Assembly: GCA_049688015.1 (NCBI GenBank)
Contig: JBAVJZ010000068.1
Location: 1 to 55,644 of the forward strand
Direction: 5' to 3'
Length of the DNA: 55,644 bases
Origin: Candidatus Deferrimicrobiaceae bacterium
Lineage (GTDB): Bacteria > Desulfobacterota > Deferrimicrobia > Deferrimicrobiales > Deferrimicrobiaceae
The translations under genes were made by a program, and so were the position numbers. The notes beneath the pieces are model-generated. The model searched no databases and had not been told where the DNA came from. It was given only the letters and a program-made list of their open reading frames with translations. Positions 50,911 through 55,644 of the stretch are shown here, piece after piece. Each line of letters opens with the position of its first letter. Position 1 is the first letter of the stretch.

Positions 50911-51762
50911 CTATCCCGCTTCCTGAAACGTGTTGCACAGGTTTACTTCTCCGGATTGGAGACCGCGCCGGAACCAACGGACCCGCTGCTCGGAGGTGCC
51001 GTGGGTGAACGCGTCGGGAACGACGAACCCCTGGCTCTGCCTCTGCAGGCGGTCATCCCCGATGGCGCTGGCCGCGCCAAGCGCCTCCTCCACATCGCCC
51101 TCCTCGATGATGTCCCGCATCCGGTTGGCGTGGTATGCCCAGACGCCTGCCAGGCAGTCCGCCTGCAGCTCCAGCCGGACCGAGATTCGGTTCCCTTCCA
51201 CCTGGCCTGCGCGGGCGCGGGCGTTCTGCACCTTCTCCGAGATCCCCAGCAGGTTCTGCACGTGGTGGCCGATCTCGTGGGCGATCACGTAGGCCTGTGC
51301 GAAATCCCCCGGCGCGTGGAAACGGTCCTGCATTTCCCGAAAGAATCCCAGGTCGATGTAGACCTTCTCATCCCTGGCGCAGTAAAAGGGACCGACGGCC
51401 GATTCCGCGTATCCGCAGGCGGACTCGACCGCATCCGTGAACAGGATCAGCCTCGGCTCCCGGTAAGTCTTCCCGCCCCGACGGAACAAGTCGTTCCAGG
51501 TGTCCTCCGTGTCGGCGAGCACGACGGAGACAAAATCCGCCAGACGGTTTTCCTCGGTAGGCCGGGCCTCGCGGCTCGCACCGGCCGGGGGCCCGGTGAC
51601 CGGCGGTGCCTGCTGCAGGATGATCGTCGGATCGACGCCGAAATACAGGGCGACAAGAACCATGATGAGCGTGCCGACCCCGCCGCCCACCATGCCACGG
51701 GAGACACGCATCCCACGTCGGTCTTCGATATTGTCGCTTCGTCGACCCTTCGACCAGCGCAT
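50911..51762 (-). CDS. ypfJ: YpfJ-family neutral zinc metallopeptidase
   Basis: 'MRWSKGRRSDNIEDRRG' N-terminus, one TM segment, 'GPFYC..D..VYIDL.F' and 'AYVIAHEIGHHVQ' (HExxH). Confidence 0.9.
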   Translation of the reverse strand: MRWSKGRRSDNIEDRRGMRVSRGMVGGGVGTLIMVLVALYFGVDPTIILQQAPPVTGPPAGASREARPTEENRLADFVSVVLADTEDTWNDLFRRGGKTYREPRLILFTDAVESACGYAESAVGPFYCARDEKVYIDLGFFREMQDRFHAPGDFAQAYVIAHEIGHHVQNLLGISEKVQNARARAGQVEGNRISVRLELQADCLAGVWAYHANRMRDIIEEGDVEEALGAASAIGDDRLQRQSQGFVVPDAFTHGTSEQRVRWFRRGLQSGEVNLCNTFQEAG

Positions 51763-51841
51763 GGCGTCCTTCCGTTACCGGTGTATCCCTCATCCTACCA
51801 TTGGGGAAATCGGAGCCGAATGGATGAATCACAGGAGCCGA

Positions 51842-53104
51842 TCATTGACGCAACGGGCGCGAGAAAACGGAACGCCAGGAGGAGAGGGAGGGACGGGGAG
51901 CGCCGTCACCGTCGTACAGCCCGGTGTCCCGCCACAGGCGAACCAGGGAAGCGTTCGGGTCGCCGATCAGGATCTTGTCCCACAAGGCGTCGTAGTCCCG
52001 GATGACGAAGTAGTTCACGAACCGCGCCGAGAGCACCTCGGCGGAGGACAGGAGAAATTCCACATACCGTTTCTGATAGTCGGTATTCGATCGGATCGTG
52101 ATCGGGTAAGGAGCCGTCACTTCCTCCGCGGGCCAGGCGGTCTCCGCGATCGCGAAGGGCTTCCCTGGAGCAAGATCCGCCAGGGCGGAGAAATAATCGA
52201 TCGGAAGCGGCACCGGATCGGCCTGGCTCCCATCCGGGTATCGGACCGGATTGCTGAAGGGATAGGAACTGACGGCGATATAGTCCGTGTACGGAAGGAC
52301 CTGCCCGATGGCAGCCGCCTGTGCGGCCGGATCGGCGTGAAACGATTCCGCCTGAACCGTCTGGAACATCGGCAGGGAGGGGTAAGACGTCTTGAGGGCC
52401 CCGTAGACCGCCGCAGAAAGCGCCACATACCCGTTCCAGACATTGTCGTCCGCCACCAGCGCACGGAGCAGGTTGACCTCGATCCCGAAGGCAAAAAAGT
52501 CGGGGCGGTACCGGTCGATCAGGATCCGGCAGTGGTTGGTGAACGCAGTGATGACATCCGGATGATCGAATGGGTAGACGTCCCAAGGCGGTTGGAAGGT
52601 CTGTGTGCCGCCGGATCCGCGCGTGGGGGCCAGGCGATTCCGGAGGAACGCGATCGGCGTGACGGCCAGGTAGAGCTGGTGCCCGGGGGGCTTCCAGGCG
52701 GCGATCCCGGCAACCTCGTCCCGGAAATCCTCCGGGTACCGGCTGAAATCGTTCGCCAGCGCGGCGTCCCACGGGATCCCGGAATCGTGATGGGCCACCA
52801 GGAGATCCCCCTCGGTGGCGATCACGTTCAGGACGAAAGTGAGCGCCTCGGACGTGTTGTCGTAGGGAACGTAGGTAAATCCCATCGCGGCGCTTCGGGT
52901 CGGGCCCGAAGGCGTCCCGCTCCCTCCTCCGCATCCGGGTGGCATCGCGGCGAAGAACAGCAGCAGGAGGTACGGAACGACCGAAAGCCGTATTCCGGTG
53001 ACCCCGGATGAAAACCGTCCCGGAATCGTGGACCTCCCTTCCCATACAAAAATGGCCCGGCGGAAAAGACCCCGGAGCCGAAATCGCGCTCCTCGCCAGT
53101 CCAA
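51842..53104 (-). CDS. hypothetical lipoprotein, possibly a TIM-barrel glycoside-hydrolase-like fold
   Basis: Hydrophobic leader ending 'AAMPPGC'. 'FAFGIEVNLL' and 'FAIAETAWPAEE' resemble the acid/base and nucleophile Glu strands of clan GH-A. The start (TTG at 53104) is uncertain. Confidence 0.5.
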   Translation of the reverse strand: MDWRGARFRLRGLFRRAIFVWEGRSTIPGRFSSGVTGIRLSVVPYLLLLFFAAMPPGCGGGSGTPSGPTRSAAMGFTYVPYDNTSEALTFVLNVIATEGDLLVAHHDSGIPWDAALANDFSRYPEDFRDEVAGIAAWKPPGHQLYLAVTPIAFLRNRLAPTRGSGGTQTFQPPWDVYPFDHPDVITAFTNHCRILIDRYRPDFFAFGIEVNLLRALVADDNVWNGYVALSAAVYGALKTSYPSLPMFQTVQAESFHADPAAQAAAIGQVLPYTDYIAVSSYPFSNPVRYPDGSQADPVPLPIDYFSALADLAPGKPFAIAETAWPAEEVTAPYPITIRSNTDYQKRYVEFLLSSAEVLSARFVNYFVIRDYDALWDKILIGDPNASLVRLWRDTGLYDGDGAPRPSLSSWRSVFSRPLRQ

Positions 53105-53168
53105 TCGCCTCCCACATCACCGATCAGGTGGTCAAACGTCGATGGCGGCCTGAACCCGTGACCACCGT

Positions 53169-53627
53169 TTACCGGGCCAGAGCCCGGGCATCGAAGGCAA
53201 GCGGATTGTCCGGGGGCTTCTCCCCTTTGAAGATGTGGAACAGGACGGACCCGAAGTACCTTTGTGAGAGGCGGGCGGTCCCCTCTGCCAGCGACCCGCT
53301 GGGCGATTCCGGGAACGATCCGCCAAAGGGTGTCGACTGCATTTCGTTCTCCCCGCGCACCTCTCCGCCGCTCACGATGAAGTAGTCGCAGCCTGCCTTC
53401 AAGGTGACCGACGCGGCCCGCTCAAGCAGGTGCGAGGTCACCCCGTTGCGGCTCGTGCTCGCAAGCCCCTGGACATCGATCCGGTAAGTGGCATCCCCGA
53501 CCTGGGTCACGTCATAAGAGGGCAGCGGGGCGGCCTCCTTACGAAATGCGGGGATAAGAGAGCACGCTGAAAGGTATAATCCCAAGGAGAGGGTGGCGAC
53601 GGCAGTCAGGGTCCGGTTCCTCTTCAT
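53169..53627 (-). CDS. small lipoprotein, unknown function
   Basis: 'MKRNRTLTAVATLSLGLYLSAC' is a signal peptide with a lipobox. 152 aa. No family recognised with confidence. Confidence 0.6.
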   Translation of the reverse strand: MKRNRTLTAVATLSLGLYLSACSLIPAFRKEAAPLPSYDVTQVGDATYRIDVQGLASTSRNGVTSHLLERAASVTLKAGCDYFIVSGGEVRGENEMQSTPFGGSFPESPSGSLAEGTARLSQRYFGSVLFHIFKGEKPPDNPLAFDARALAR

Positions 53628-53754
53628 TTCTTCCTGATTATACAGAATCTTCCTGTAATTTCCGAACCGCGTGTCCGGGAGAACGAAGCGAACGAATCCG
53701 GATGCGCGCCCGCGTTTCCGGGGGCCCTGATCATCGGCTCCCCCGGGAATCGGA

Positions 53755-53775
53755 GGCCTGACCGTCCGTCAGGCC
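53755..53775 (-). terminator. possible terminator hairpin downstream of katG
   Basis: GGCCTGAC-(5 nt)-GTCAGGCC, an 8-bp perfect stem ~110 nt after the katG stop. No U-tract. Confidence 0.3.
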
Positions 53776-53884
53776 CCCTTCCCCGGAAAATACGGATTTT
53801 GACAAATCATGACCTGCTTGGCCACTGCCGTCCGGGGCTTGCTTCTTGCCCAGGGACAAGACCTTTAAGGCCTATCCTCCGAGA

Positions 53885-55644
<1,760 letters not shown>

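Overview
This is a G/C-rich, densely coding bacterial chromosomal window with about 50 supportable genes. I recognised no rRNA, tRNA, CRISPR array, integrase or transposase. OmpA-type and lipobox lipoproteins and a GspG-like pseudopilin point to a Gram-negative cell plan. Rubrerythrin, KatG and two selenoproteins suggest an anaerobe or microaerophile that handles oxidative stress.

Main content, left to right:
- a 5'-truncated hybrid histidine kinase
- a translationally coupled oxidative pentose-phosphate operon (tkt-tal-zwf-pgl-glk-rpiB, minus strand)
- an OmpA-family lipoprotein
- a Prx-like selenoprotein that the ORF track splits in two
- aconitase
- a CBS/ACT protein
- a large secreted CxxCH/Ig-like/TSP3-repeat protein with a Gly-Cys / TM / Arg-cluster C-terminal sorting tail, a clear intrinsic terminator and a sigma-54-like promoter
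- a DCC-family thiol oxidoreductase
- a ComA (phosphosulfolactate synthase)-PrpD family pair
- an SRAP (YedK-like) peptidase
- a rhodanese selenoprotein, also truncated in the ORF track at an in-frame TGA
- an O-methyltransferase
- an HTH/Zn-ribbon regulator
- a four-gene polar amino-acid ABC transporter
- yeiH
- an A/T-rich three-gene islet (hotdog thioesterase, TerB-like helical protein, TIR-repeat-winged-helix protein)
- a photolyase/SRPBCC/TIGR01777 cluster
- an M1 peptidase, tag and gltBD
- a second hybrid kinase preceded by a pseudopilin gene
- dtd and an ALDH-family gene
- a HerA/FtsK-like ATPase next to a cytoplasmic trypsin-like protease
- rubrerythrin, a YpfJ-type peptidase, two lipoproteins and a 5'-truncated katG

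Most interesting candidates:
1. The compositionally foreign TIR-wHTH islet. It matches no TIR defence architecture I know.
2. The HerA-like ATPase plus cytoplasmic trypsin-like protease pair.
3. The two UGA-recoded redox genes, each with a SECIS-like hairpin.
4. The ComA-PrpD pairing.

All calls come from reading the translations and the DNA by eye. No database search or computation was run.
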